58,133 nt of DNA from assembly GCA_964626665.1 (NCBI GenBank), contig CAZVGK010000020.1, positions 1-58,133 on the forward strand, in the 5' to 3' direction. The position numbers and the translations under genes were made by a program. Shown here in pieces: positions 39,327-49,527 of the stretch (its first letter is position 1; the number at the start of each line of letters is the position of its first letter). Below the pieces are notes generated by a model that had not been told where the DNA came from, made no database searches, and saw only the letters and a program-made list of their open reading frames with translations. The DNA comes from an uncultured Gemmatimonadota bacterium. GTDB lineage: Bacteria > SM23-81 > DAOVCL01.

Positions 39327-41504
39327 ATGTTCAGAATAATAAAGGGGTTGTTGTTTTCGTTGGTTATTGTATCCATAGGTGCTTTTTCCCTATATGCTTC
39401 GGATGATGGTGGACATAAATTGAGGCTGATTTCTATGGAGAAAGGGCAGGCTAAGCTTGTCGATGATTTAGGACTAAGTCATCATATAGGAGTGGTCAAG
39501 GGTTCCAAGGGAGTAGTGGCTATTGATACTATGACCTGGTGCAATGAAGTTCCCTTTGCCGATGTTAGCCAATATGTCGAACCTTATGACAGCATGCTAA
39601 ACTGGTTCAGGCCTGTTGCTAACTGTTCCCTGTATGAGGTTCATGGGATGTTCGCCAGTGGAGGGACAGCCAAACTGTTTGTCTGTCGGTATGGATACTT
39701 TTCCAGCGATTCCTCCCACCCCTGGCCAGTGATCGATAATGAGTTGCCCACCGATTTGAGCTGGAATGTCTCTGGTAGCGGTGGTTGGGAAGGGGTGAAT
39801 TTCACCTTGTATCCTCCAGCTGCAGGGTTTGTCCGGCAATTTCCGGGGGATAGCCTCTTTGGGGTAGGCTATAGGTCTGACCAGGAGGCGAAGCCCCATA
39901 TCTTTTACGATGATTATAGCCAGCATCGCGTGGTCTATTCCGAGGATCTTTATGATTTTGAGGCTTATGGCCATTGGAGGTTTACTTATGGGCATGATGG
40001 CCACTGGTATTTCATCTTCTATCATGATAGTGGTATGCCAATTGCTCATTGGTGTCCTGAGCTTGATATGAGGGCGGTTGTCAACTATTATGAGGGTGTT
40101 CCTCCCTTTGTGGAGTCCACTGAGCAGAAGAGTAATACCTGGTTAGAGGAAAATATCAAGGTGACCGCGGTGATGTCCGACCTCGATGGCTGGATTGAGG
40201 ATGCCACCCTTCATTATACCATAAGTGGCTCGGGGGATACAACAGAAGCGGCTATGAGTATTCCTGCGGCTAAGGGGAACAGATATACGGTCACCGGACA
40301 CTTCGCTGGGCCATTCTCCGTAGGTGACACTATAAGCTATTGGTGCACCTGTGTGGACAACGATGGTAAGCCCAGCAAGTGGACAGGGGGCACTGGGAGT
40401 GAGGTTAAATCCTTTGTCATTAAGGAGCCACAGAACCCCGGGGCACAGATACTTCTGGTAGGGGACGGTGTTAGCAAGCAGAGGGCAGGGTATTATGAGG
40501 ATTTGCTGGAGAGGCTGGGATACTCCTATGAGCCCACCTGGTATACCGAAAGGGGCCACGACGGGATAGACAGCTCGGTGGTCCTCCACACCTATGAGGG
40601 CAAGGCCTGGGAGGCCATAATCTGGTTTGGATGGGGATGCGGGAATATGCCTCGGCCGGACACCTTAGAGTCGGAGTCCGCATATCCGGTGATTAAATAC
40701 CTGAATGATGGGGGAAATCTCCTTCTGGCCGATCAGGACTATTTCTGGAAGAAGGGTATGGAGACTGGAATAGTAACCACTTTTGAGCCTGGGGATTTTG
40801 CCTATGACTATCTGGGGGTTGACACCTGTGTCAGCGATCCCAATATGCAGGATACCATCAGCTTAGGAGATACGACATTTTATGCGGTAGATGAAACAGA
40901 TCCGGTATCCGGGGACTTCTATTATGCCCCTGTGGAGCTCCATCCAGCCTGTGTGGGAGTGGCTAACTGGGCAGATTATACTGAGGCCACAACCCAGGGG
41001 GTGGATATCTTCCTGGGGGTAGAAAGTGGTTCTAACAGTGGCACCAGGTTTCAGAGTGCCAAGGGGTTTAAGACGGTCTTTCTGCCCTGGTGTTTTGAGG
41101 CCATTGTTGACTGTGCGGACACCAGCACTCTCACCTGGGTGGCCGATACCCTGATGTGGAACATCCTGCACGATTGGTTTGAAATTCCTCAAGGAGTGGA
41201 AAATATCCGGCCTGGGTTTGTGCCTCGTTCTTTCTCCTTGGCTCAGAACTACCCCAACCCCTTTAATCCTCTGACCAGCATAGAATATTCCTTAGCCAGG
41301 GATTCCCAGGTGAAGCTATCGGTCTACAATGTGGTTGGTGAGCGGGTGAGGGTATTGGTTGATGAGGAGCAGAGGGCAGGTATCTATCGGGCTACCTGGG
41401 ATGGGAAGGATACGGCAGACAATGAGGTGGCCAGCGGTGTCTATTTCTATCGATTGGTAGCTGGAGACCACACCTTCACTCGTAAGATGCTTCTTTTGAA
41501 GTAG
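39327..41504 (+). CDS. Secreted protein with FlgD-Ig/T9SS-type C-terminal domain
   Basis: Signal peptide; ILLV.D...YLNDGGNLLLADQD (GATase-like fold); LAQNYPNPFNP...RKMLLLK. Confidence 0.8.
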   Translation: MFRIIKGLLFSLVIVSIGAFSLYASDDGGHKLRLISMEKGQAKLVDDLGLSHHIGVVKGSKGVVAIDTMTWCNEVPFADVSQYVEPYDSMLNWFRPVANCSLYEVHGMFASGGTAKLFVCRYGYFSSDSSHPWPVIDNELPTDLSWNVSGSGGWEGVNFTLYPPAAGFVRQFPGDSLFGVGYRSDQEAKPHIFYDDYSQHRVVYSEDLYDFEAYGHWRFTYGHDGHWYFIFYHDSGMPIAHWCPELDMRAVVNYYEGVPPFVESTEQKSNTWLEENIKVTAVMSDLDGWIEDATLHYTISGSGDTTEAAMSIPAAKGNRYTVTGHFAGPFSVGDTISYWCTCVDNDGKPSKWTGGTGSEVKSFVIKEPQNPGAQILLVGDGVSKQRAGYYEDLLERLGYSYEPTWYTERGHDGIDSSVVLHTYEGKAWEAIIWFGWGCGNMPRPDTLESESAYPVIKYLNDGGNLLLADQDYFWKKGMETGIVTTFEPGDFAYDYLGVDTCVSDPNMQDTISLGDTTFYAVDETDPVSGDFYYAPVELHPACVGVANWADYTEATTQGVDIFLGVESGSNSGTRFQSAKGFKTVFLPWCFEAIVDCADTSTLTWVADTLMWNILHDWFEIPQGVENIRPGFVPRSFSLAQNYPNPFNPLTSIEYSLARDSQVKLSVYNVVGERVRVLVDEEQRAGIYRATWDGKDTADNEVASGVYFYRLVAGDHTFTRKMLLLK

Positions 41505-41545
41505 GAGCGAATCAAAAGGAGGAAGCATCTGTTGTGATGTGAATA

Positions 41546-41590
41546 GAGGAGCCGCTGAAAGATAACCATTTGGGCGGCTCCTCGTTTATA
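41546..41590 (+). terminator. Hairpin/terminator after the TBDR operon
   Basis: GAGGAGCCGC...GCGGCTCCTC followed by GTTTATAT. Confidence 0.6.
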
Positions 41591-41612
41591 TAAATGAAAA
41601 AGGAGCTAAAGG

Positions 41613-42074
41613 ATGAAAAGGATAACAATCGTTATAGTAGTGCTGTTTTCTCTCCTTTTCGGTTGTTCCAAGAAGGAGTCCACCTCTCCCAGCCAGAATT
41701 ATAAATTCGTAGTTGAGAGTTCCTCCCTGGAGATCACCTTTCGCGCGGATTCCCTTGGACCTCGATTATACCACAACCTATATGATAAGAGGCTGAAATA
41801 TCATTTTGCCAACTGTAATGGTAGATGCCAGATGAGGATTCTTCTTGAGGGTGAGAATCCTGAGAGTGAAACCAAGAATAGCGAGGCCGGAGAGTTGGAC
41901 AGCCTATCCCTTTTTTGGGATTATTATTCAAGCGATCCGGCCGATCTATACCCTCCCGATACCACTTTGGTGGTGGAGACTTTTGTGCAGGGTGTCTATT
42001 ATGAGGAGGATTTCGACACCTCTCAGGTTATCCCCTTTCAGACCACAGTCTATGATACGGTAAAGGTAAAATAA
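41613..42074 (+). CDS. Hypothetical lipoprotein
   Basis: MKR + hydrophobic stretch + lipobox LLFGC; RBS AAGGAG. Confidence 0.75.
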   Translation: MKRITIVIVVLFSLLFGCSKKESTSPSQNYKFVVESSSLEITFRADSLGPRLYHNLYDKRLKYHFANCNGRCQMRILLEGENPESETKNSEAGELDSLSLFWDYYSSDPADLYPPDTTLVVETFVQGVYYEEDFDTSQVIPFQTTVYDTVKVK

Positions 42075-42103
42075 GCCCACTTTGCAGAAGGAAGCTGGTC
42101 CCC

Positions 42104-43216
42104 TTAAACCTTCACCAGTTCGTATTTTCTTTTTCCTAACCCTAACTTATCCCCGTAAGCAAGTTGGACCTGGTAATCGATCTCCGGGTAGATGTTCTTT
42201 ATCTTGTCCTCTCCAGGGTTGAGACTTCCACTGAGGGCAGAGTTCTCCAGACCCTGGCTTTGGTTGAGGAGATCAACTGAGGCCTGATCAATGGCCACCG
42301 GATCCTGAGAGGCTAAGATGCCAATATCGGAGACTAAGGGAGCATCTGAGCGGTCAAAGCAGTCACAGTTAGGGGTTATGTTTAAGAGGAAGTTGATGTA
42401 TCCCATCCTCCCCTTTTTTTGCTTGGTTACCGCCAGGTGGTATTCCACCATCCTCTCCTGCAGGTCCTTAGCCGCTACATCCCATCTTACCTTCACCGCC
42501 CGAGTGGGACAGCTAGAGATGCACTCACCGCAGCCGGTGCACTTTTCCTCCATAATATATGCCTTCCCCTCTCTGATCTCTATGGCCTGAGGGAGGCAGT
42601 AATCAAGGCATCTTTCACAGCCGGTGCAGAGCTTTGCCTTTATCCTGGGCCTCACATTGGAGTGCTGGGCCAGCTTGCCGGCTATGCTGGCACAGCCCAT
42701 GCCGATGTTCTTTATCGCCCCGCCGATTCCTGTCCCTAAATGAAGCTTAAAGTGAGCCACCCCGATGAGGGAGTCGCAATGGGCTATGTCAGAGGCAATG
42801 TAAGCTTTTTTTATGTACTGGCCATCTATCTCTACTTCCTGAAAGGATTGACCGCGCAGACCATCGGCGATGAGCAGAGGAGCGCCAGTGACCGTGGGGG
42901 TGAAACCATGTTCTTCTGCCAGAAGGAGGTGGTCATAGGAGTTGGAGCGAGAGCCGGCATAGAGGGTGTTGGTATCCACCAAGAATGGCTTTCCTCCGGC
43001 CTCCTTTACCTTCTCCACAATGGGCCTGAGGAAAATCGGCCTGATAAATGCTGATCCCCCTCTCTCCCCAAAGTGGAGCTTGATGCCCGTCAAACCCCTC
43101 TCTTCAATTATCTCCCTAACCCCTGCCCGATCGCAGAGGTGACCAAGTTTCTGGAATAGGTTTGATCCCGACCTTGTCCTCAGATCGGTAAAATAGACCT
43201 TGCTTTTGGTTTCCAT
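42104..43216 (-). CDS. DUF362 family protein with 2x[4Fe-4S] ferredoxin insert
   Basis: IKLHFGE.G, DTNTLY.GSR, GGAIKNIGMGCAS, CTGCERC...C / CTGCGEC...CP, S.DPVAIDQAS. Confidence 0.9.
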   Translation of the reverse strand: METKSKVYFTDLRTRSGSNLFQKLGHLCDRAGVREIIEERGLTGIKLHFGERGGSAFIRPIFLRPIVEKVKEAGGKPFLVDTNTLYAGSRSNSYDHLLLAEEHGFTPTVTGAPLLIADGLRGQSFQEVEIDGQYIKKAYIASDIAHCDSLIGVAHFKLHLGTGIGGAIKNIGMGCASIAGKLAQHSNVRPRIKAKLCTGCERCLDYCLPQAIEIREGKAYIMEEKCTGCGECISSCPTRAVKVRWDVAAKDLQERMVEYHLAVTKQKKGRMGYINFLLNITPNCDCFDRSDAPLVSDIGILASQDPVAIDQASVDLLNQSQGLENSALSGSLNPGEDKIKNIYPEIDYQVQLAYGDKLGLGKRKYELVKV

Positions 43217-43222
43217 ACATTA

Positions 43223-43443
43223 TAACCTGAGCCGTCAGATGCCCTCATCTGACGGTGGTGGGTGGCAGAATCGGGGTTCTGCCACCTCATCTTGAGTTTC
43301 TTTCATTCTTAATTCTACATTCTTCATTTTACATTGGAGACTTTTAACCTGAGCCGTCAGATGCCCTCATCTGACGGCGGTGGGTGGCAGAATTGGGATT
43401 CTGCCACCTCATCTTGTAATTCTTAATTCTACATTTTACATTC
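43223..43443. repeat. Tandem duplication (122-bp period) of the REP doublet
   Basis: TAACCTGAGCCGTCAGATGCCCTCATCTGACGG...GTGGCAGAAT...TTCTGCCACCTCATCTTG starts at 43223 and 43345. Confidence 0.9.
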
Positions 43444-43452
43444 GGTTCTTTG

Positions 43453-44103
43453 CTAAGAGAATAGCCTGAACTTGGTCAATATCTTAGCCAATGAACCAAG
43501 TGTCTGTGCCTCCTGATCAGAACGTCCCTGCTGATTATGGATTTGGCGGATTGCGGACCAGAAATACACTATCATAGAGAGGAGGGTGAAGATCAGAACC
43601 CCCCAAGATCCTATTAGAAGCCAGCGCTGGGGGAAGGAGAAGAGGATGATGAAGAGGAGGATTAGTTGCACCCAGGTGGTAGCTTTGCCTAAGAGATTAG
43701 GGGTGGTGAGGGTATTCCGCATCCTCAAGAATGAGGAGAGGTTCTGGCCAGAGGCTCGCAGAGCGATAAACCAGAGCCCACCCAAGATGGTGAATCTGCC
43801 CAAGACCACAGTGGTTATCCACCAGGAAGGGTGGCCAAAGAGGATGCTGAAGCCAATGTAGGCTATGCCAATGCAGATTTTATCGGCCAGGGGGTCTAAA
43901 AAACGGCCCCAGGGATTCTCCTTCCCTGATGCTCTGGCCAGGATGCCATCCAAGAAATCGGAGATAGCCACCCAGGAGAAGATGAACCTGGCAAAAACAG
44001 GAGCCCAATACCAAACTTCCCAATAGGCAAGGCAGAGCAGGAAGGGGGGGATCAAAAACATACGACTTAAGGTCAACCAGTTGGCCACCCTTCGTAGATC
44101 CAT
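43453..44103 (-). CDS. CDP-alcohol phosphatidyltransferase (PgsA-like)
   Basis: ANWLTLSR; SDFLDGILAR...GRFLDPLADK signature. Confidence 0.9.
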   Translation of the reverse strand: MDLRRVANWLTLSRMFLIPPFLLCLAYWEVWYWAPVFARFIFSWVAISDFLDGILARASGKENPWGRFLDPLADKICIGIAYIGFSILFGHPSWWITTVVLGRFTILGGLWFIALRASGQNLSSFLRMRNTLTTPNLLGKATTWVQLILLFIILFSFPQRWLLIGSWGVLIFTLLSMIVYFWSAIRQIHNQQGRSDQEAQTLGSLAKILTKFRLFS

Positions 44104-45812
44104 TATGCCTTCTCCCCCTCATTGATGAGCTCCTGGGCCTGCTCAAGGGTAGTGGGGCTTATTCTCCTCCCGGCTAACATCCTGGCTATCTCCTCTACCC
44201 TCTCCTCCTTGGTGAGCTTATGGATCTTCGTCTCCGTCCTCTCCCCCTTGGTGGATTTCTCCACCTTGTAATGGTGCTGAGCCTGAGAGGCGATCTGCTG
44301 GAGATGGGTGATGCAGATTACCTGATGGGAAGAGGCCAATAGCTTCAGCCTTGTCCCCACCTGATGGGCAACTTTCCCTCCTATCCCCACATCTATCTCA
44401 TCGAAGACCAGGACCGGAATCTGATCAGCCTTGGCTAAGATGGCCTTGAGGGCAAGCATAATGCGGGATGCCTCCCCTAAAGAGGCAATCTTGGTGAGGG
44501 GTTTGAGTTCCTCTCCAGGGTTGGGGGAAATATAAAACTCCGCCCCCTCCATCCCTTTCTCTGTACCAGCATACCTCTTCCCGCCCACCTCTATTAGGCC
44601 ATCCGCAGCTTCCGATGGGATGAGCCTTACTTCAAATATGGCTTTCTCCATACCCAAAGGGGTAAATTCCCTCTCGATCCTCTTCTCCAACCCTTCTGCC
44701 GCCTTCTTCCTTTTCCGAGAAAGGAGGAGACAGAGAGAGGAGTAATCCTCCTTGAGTTGAGAGATCCTTTCCCTGTTTCCCTCTAAGGCTGATTCCAAAT
44801 CCTCGGCTGCTCCCAGGGCCTCCTGGAGCTTGGCTTTGTATGAGAGCACGGCCTCTATGCTCCCCCCGAACCTTTTCTGCAACCCCTTAAGGGTGAGGAG
44901 CCTCTCGCTCACCTCCTCCAACCTCTGGGGGTTGGATTCGATCCTTCCCAGGTAGGAGGTTAAGAAATGATAGTATTCATCGACCTGAATAGAGGTTTCC
45001 CGCAAATCCTCAATCAACTTCTCCAGTTTGTGATCTATCTTAGCGGCTTTTCCCATCTCCCTTTCCGCTTGCTGGATGTTCTCCAAGGCCGAACCACTTG
45101 CCTGATAGAGGAGGTCTATTGCCGCGGAGATGCTTCCCCGCAGGGTCTCTGCGTGTTCTAAGACCCGTCTCTCCTCCTCCAACCTCTCCACCTCCCCAGG
45201 CTGGGGGTTAACCCTCTCTATCTCCCTTAACTGGAAGGAGTAAAGCTCCCTTTTCTCCGCGGCATCCTCCGCGGCCTTGCTTAACCTCTTCCTCCGGTTT
45301 AACTCCTCTCTTAATGCCTTATAGGCTGCTTCTACCTTCTTTCTCAAAGGCCAGAGCCCACCGAAGCCATCTAAGAGGTCCAGGTGGGAATCCCTCTGTA
45401 GGAGAGATTGATGTTGATGGGGGCCATGGAGGTCCACTAATAAATCCCCTATTCTGCGGAGGGTGGCCAAGGTAACTAACCTTCCATTGGCAGAACAGTG
45501 GCCTGAGCCCTGGGGGAATATCTCCCTGCTTAAGATCAGCACCCCTTCCTCTGTCTCTACCCCCAACTGGTGGAGGAGCTCGTTGCTCCTTTCGCCTGTG
45601 GCCAATTCAAAGAAGCCTTCTACCCTGGCGGAGGGGGCGCCTGATCTGATCTGGGCTCTCTCCGCCCTCTCCCCTAAGAGGAGCCCTATTGCCCCCACTA
45701 TTATGGATTTGCCCGCGCCGGTGGAACCGGTAAGCACATTGAGTCCCTGACCAAATCGAATGGAGAGTTCCTCGATGAGGGCGTAGTCCTTAATCCGCAA
45801 TTCTCTGAGCAT
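44103..45812 (-). CDS. recN: DNA repair protein RecN
   Basis: LTGSTGAGKS Walker A, coiled coil, NPGE.LKPL.KIAS.GE.SR.MLA, FDEID.GIGG, ITHL.QIA. Confidence 0.97.
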   Translation of the reverse strand: MLRELRIKDYALIEELSIRFGQGLNVLTGSTGAGKSIIVGAIGLLLGERAERAQIRSGAPSARVEGFFELATGERSNELLHQLGVETEEGVLILSREIFPQGSGHCSANGRLVTLATLRRIGDLLVDLHGPHQHQSLLQRDSHLDLLDGFGGLWPLRKKVEAAYKALREELNRRKRLSKAAEDAAEKRELYSFQLREIERVNPQPGEVERLEEERRVLEHAETLRGSISAAIDLLYQASGSALENIQQAEREMGKAAKIDHKLEKLIEDLRETSIQVDEYYHFLTSYLGRIESNPQRLEEVSERLLTLKGLQKRFGGSIEAVLSYKAKLQEALGAAEDLESALEGNRERISQLKEDYSSLCLLLSRKRKKAAEGLEKRIEREFTPLGMEKAIFEVRLIPSEAADGLIEVGGKRYAGTEKGMEGAEFYISPNPGEELKPLTKIASLGEASRIMLALKAILAKADQIPVLVFDEIDVGIGGKVAHQVGTRLKLLASSHQVICITHLQQIASQAQHHYKVEKSTKGERTETKIHKLTKEERVEEIARMLAGRRISPTTLEQAQELINEGEKA

Positions 45813-45814
45813 TT

Positions 45815-46687
45815 CTACCCCTCAAACCCTGGTTCCAATCCCCATTTAAGCTTTTCCCGCAAGACCTGATAGAATGATTGGTCGGTAGAGTGGACGAGGG
45901 TTACCTTGTAATCTCCCTTTACTATCCTTACCCTGTCCCCGGAGGAGAGCTCATATCCCACCTGCCCATCTATGGTGAGCATTGCCGAGTTGTGGTCTGA
46001 GTAAACCGCAACCTCAAAGGTTTCCTCCTGGGAGATGACCATAGGTCGCACAGAGAGGCTGTGAGGACAGATGGGGGTGATGATGATGGCCTCCATTCGT
46101 GGGTTGATGATCGGCCCCCCGGCAGAGAGGGAATAGGCGGTGGACCCGGTGGGGGTAGAGATGATCAGGCCATCGGCAGAGAATGTGGAAAGGGACTCCC
46201 CATTGAGGAAGGTCTCCAGTTGGATCACCCGAGAGAAGCTCCCCTTGTCTATCACTAAGTCATTGAGAGCATAAAAGATGGGTGCCCCTGGTTTGGATGA
46301 GATGACAACCCGGAGCACCATTCTCTCCTCTAAGCTGTAGTTTCCTTGCCAGATCCTCTCCAGGGTGGGGAAGATCTCTTTAGGCTTTAGCTCGGTAAGG
46401 AAGCCAAGTCTGCCCAAATTTACGCCTAAAATAGGTGTCCCCCTATTTCCCACTGCCCGTGCCGCGGCGAGAAGCGTGCCATCTCCCCCTAAGGCGATGA
46501 TCATATCGGAGTGGGTAGGAACCTCCTCGCGGGGGTAGGCGAGCTCCTTTCTTCCCACTAAGGGGACAAGCCCCTCCTCCAGGGCAAATTTGGCCCTCTT
46601 GGCTTCTAACCACTCCACCAGGGAGGTCAAAACTTCCTTAGTCCCTGGCTTCTCTATATTGGCGATGATCCCAATTCTCTTCAGCAT
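45815..46687 (-). CDS. nadK: NAD(+) kinase
   Basis: LGGDGT, GVNLGRLGFL, ALND, DGLIISTPTGSTAYSLSAGGP. Confidence 0.97.
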   Translation of the reverse strand: MLKRIGIIANIEKPGTKEVLTSLVEWLEAKRAKFALEEGLVPLVGRKELAYPREEVPTHSDMIIALGGDGTLLAAARAVGNRGTPILGVNLGRLGFLTELKPKEIFPTLERIWQGNYSLEERMVLRVVISSKPGAPIFYALNDLVIDKGSFSRVIQLETFLNGESLSTFSADGLIISTPTGSTAYSLSAGGPIINPRMEAIIITPICPHSLSVRPMVISQEETFEVAVYSDHNSAMLTIDGQVGYELSSGDRVRIVKGDYKVTLVHSTDQSFYQVLREKLKWGLEPGFEG

Positions 46688-46788
46688 TGGAGAATTCTTC
46701 TACCCGACTTTAGTCGGGGTTGGTAGGGCTTTAGCCCCGATGTTTTCCCACCCCGTAGGGACAGACCTTCAGGTCTGTCCGCCCCACT

Positions 46789-47754
46789 TCAGGGCATAGC
46801 CCGGGCCTCTATCCCTAACTCCTCTCTGATCTGGCGGGCCAGGATTTGGGCATCCCCCACCCGGTAGTTGTCGGTGATCACCAGCTCGGGACCACATATT
46901 TGTACATACTCCATAAGCTCTTCGAAATCCGAATGGTCGCTTAGGGCCAGGATATAATCCCTTTGAGAGGTTTGCCTCCAGGGTTGGTCAAACTCCCATC
47001 CGGAGAGGGTTATCCTATAGGCCTTTCCTCTAATATATTTTTTGGCCCCCGTATGGTAGAGAGCAATATAGGTTCCTGACCTTGCCTTCTTCCCCTCCTG
47101 GCTGATTGAGGAGAGATAAGGGGGGAATGCCATTCCATACTTTTCACCAAGTTGGGCTAGGCGATAAGTGCGCTGCGGCAGGATAACGGGCACTCTCCCT
47201 GCCAATCTTTTCAGCATAGCCAGGGTTTCCAGCAACTTACCGTGATAGCCGAAAATATGAACGGGCCCTGATTTTAACAACTTCTCCAAGAGTTCCCCCA
47301 TTCTCTCTTCCAACTCCCCCTTGAATCTCCTTACTTTTGTGGGATGGCCATAGGTGGCCTCCATTACCAGGATGTTGGCGGGGATAACCTCAGCCCGCCG
47401 GAGATAGAAATCTCCGGTGTAGAGAATTCTCCTTCCGTTTTGCTTTTCTACCAGGACTTGGGCCGAACCCAATATGTGGCCTGCCCGAAATAGGGTAATC
47501 CTCTCCCCGGCAAATCTCCTGGTTTGCCCCAAAGGCAGAGGGGTAAGGCCAATAACCCCCCTCAGTATCTCCACCATCTCTTTGGTGGCGGGAGAGGAGA
47601 TAACCCCCTCACACTTTTCTAAGCTCTCCGCCAGGCCCCAGAGGTGGTCGGAATGGGCATGGGTTACAACCCGTAGCTGGCGATCCCAATGGGCATCACA
47701 GGTTACCGTATCCCCTAAGAGGATAGCCCCATTTAATGCTATGGAGGCTTCCAT
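46789..47754 (-). CDS. Metallo-beta-lactamase-fold exonuclease (beta-CASP-related)
   Basis: THAHSDH, AGHILGS, YTGD, EATYG, LSDHSDF. Confidence 0.85.
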   Translation of the reverse strand: MEASIALNGAILLGDTVTCDAHWDRQLRVVTHAHSDHLWGLAESLEKCEGVISSPATKEMVEILRGVIGLTPLPLGQTRRFAGERITLFRAGHILGSAQVLVEKQNGRRILYTGDFYLRRAEVIPANILVMEATYGHPTKVRRFKGELEERMGELLEKLLKSGPVHIFGYHGKLLETLAMLKRLAGRVPVILPQRTYRLAQLGEKYGMAFPPYLSSISQEGKKARSGTYIALYHTGAKKYIRGKAYRITLSGWEFDQPWRQTSQRDYILALSDHSDFEELMEYVQICGPELVITDNYRVGDAQILARQIREELGIEARAMP

Positions 47755-48299
47755 CCCAGGGAATTTAGCACAAATTCACCCCAGAGGCAAGGAGTTTTTC
47801 ACCACGGAATGACACGGAATTACAGAGGCATGAAAATAGAAATTAGAAAATGGAAAATTCTCAGCCCTCCGATGCCCTCCCCGAGCCGTCAGATGCCCTT
47901 GGCTGACGGCCAGGAGGAGGTGGCAGAATCGGGGTTCTGCCACCTCAACAAGAGAACCCATAGTGAATAAGTATGTTTTCTTATCCATTCGTGTAGATTC
48001 GTTTATTCGTGTCATCGTGTTCTATAGGTTCAGTGAAATCCGTGTAATCTGTGGCTATTGTTTATCCGTGAGGTTCCGTGGTAAACTTTGCGTTCCTTGC
48101 GACTTTGCGGTGAATTGTTTGGTTGCGGCTTTGCCGCGCTGGGTCAGTTCGTGGTTATCTGTGGTTTGCTTTGCCTTGTTTTTAATCTGATAGGGGTTTT
48201 TGTCGCTTAGACAGTGGAAGGGTCTTTTCCTCTGTCAGGGCAGAAGCCCTGACAGCACATCGAGGGATTGAAAACTGATGGGTTAGATAGAGGCAGGTT

Positions 48300-49523
48300 C
48301 TACTCGTATCTTAAGGCCACGATGGGGTCAAGTTTTGCCGCCTTGGAGGCAGGGTATATGCCGAAGAAGATGCCCACGGCTGCCGAGAAGGAGAAACCCA
48401 AGAGAACAGTCCAGATAGGGATTGTCGCCGGGAGGGGGGTTATAGCCCCCACAAGCTCACCTATTCCCACCCCTAAGCCAATGCCCAAAATTCCACCGAT
48501 CCCGCTAAGGGTTACCGCCTCGATGAGAAACTGATAGAGAATGTCCCCTCTTTTGGCTCCTATAGCCTTTCTGATCCCAATCTCTCTGGTGCGCTCGGTG
48601 ACCGAGACGAGCATTATGTTCATAATGCCAATCCCCCCCACCAAAAGGGAGAGCCCAGCCATCCCGACCATTGCTCCAAATATCGAGCCGGTTAACTTCT
48701 TATAGACATCCATGAGCATATCCAGGGTCATAATCTCAAAGTCGTTTGGCTTGTTATAGGGGACCCCTCTCCTTCTCCTTAATACCTGGGTGGCCTGGTC
48801 TATGGCCAGTTGCGTGGCCTCCACCCTCACCGGCTCGACAACAATGACCACCGACCTCCTCCTCTTCCCGTAGAACTTCATCAAGGTAGTAATAGGGATG
48901 AGCACGAGATCGTCCATAGTCTGTCCCAAAAAATTTCCCTTCGGCTCTATCGTGCCCACCACTCTGAACTTGTGCCCCTTGATGGAGACTTTCTGGCCAA
49001 TGGGGTCCAGGTGGGGGAATAGGTTCTCAGTGATGTCTGCCCCCAAGACGACGACCGATCTTTTGTGCTGGACATCGAAAGGGGTGAGGGATCTTCCCAT
49101 TTCTAAAGGATATTGGTTGACCTCGATAAATTCCGGTGTCCCTCCAATCAACGAGATGTAAGGCGTCTTCTCGCCTCTGAATTTGACCTTTGCCGGGAAT
49201 TCATAGTCATAGGGTGAGACTCTACTGATGGCCGGACAGAGCCTCTCCACTGCCTGGGCATCCTCTATGGTCAAATCCTTACGCTTGCGATACTTCTCCT
49301 CTAGCCTCCCCATCCTGATGGCGGGAAATTTCTGGATATAGAAGGTGTTGGACCCCAGTGATCTTATTTGGCCCTGAACCGATTTGTTCATTCCCTGAAT
49401 CAGGGAGAGCATAGTGATGACCGTGGTTACCCCAATGACAATCCCCAGGGTGGTAAGAAAAGACCTCAACTTGTGGGCTTTGAGGGCCCGCAGGGCCTGG
49501 AAGATGTTTTCCCTTATCTCCAT
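48300..49523 (-). CDS. MacB/FtsX-family ABC transporter permease
   Basis: [53 protein letters not shown]; start moved to ATG 49523. Confidence 0.95.
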   Translation of the reverse strand: MEIRENIFQALRALKAHKLRSFLTTLGIVIGVTTVITMLSLIQGMNKSVQGQIRSLGSNTFYIQKFPAIRMGRLEEKYRKRKDLTIEDAQAVERLCPAISRVSPYDYEFPAKVKFRGEKTPYISLIGGTPEFIEVNQYPLEMGRSLTPFDVQHKRSVVVLGADITENLFPHLDPIGQKVSIKGHKFRVVGTIEPKGNFLGQTMDDLVLIPITTLMKFYGKRRRSVVIVVEPVRVEATQLAIDQATQVLRRRRGVPYNKPNDFEIMTLDMLMDVYKKLTGSIFGAMVGMAGLSLLVGGIGIMNIMLVSVTERTREIGIRKAIGAKRGDILYQFLIEAVTLSGIGGILGIGLGVGIGELVGAITPLPATIPIWTVLLGFSFSAAVGIFFGIYPASKAAKLDPIVALRYE

Positions 49524-49527
49524 AGAT

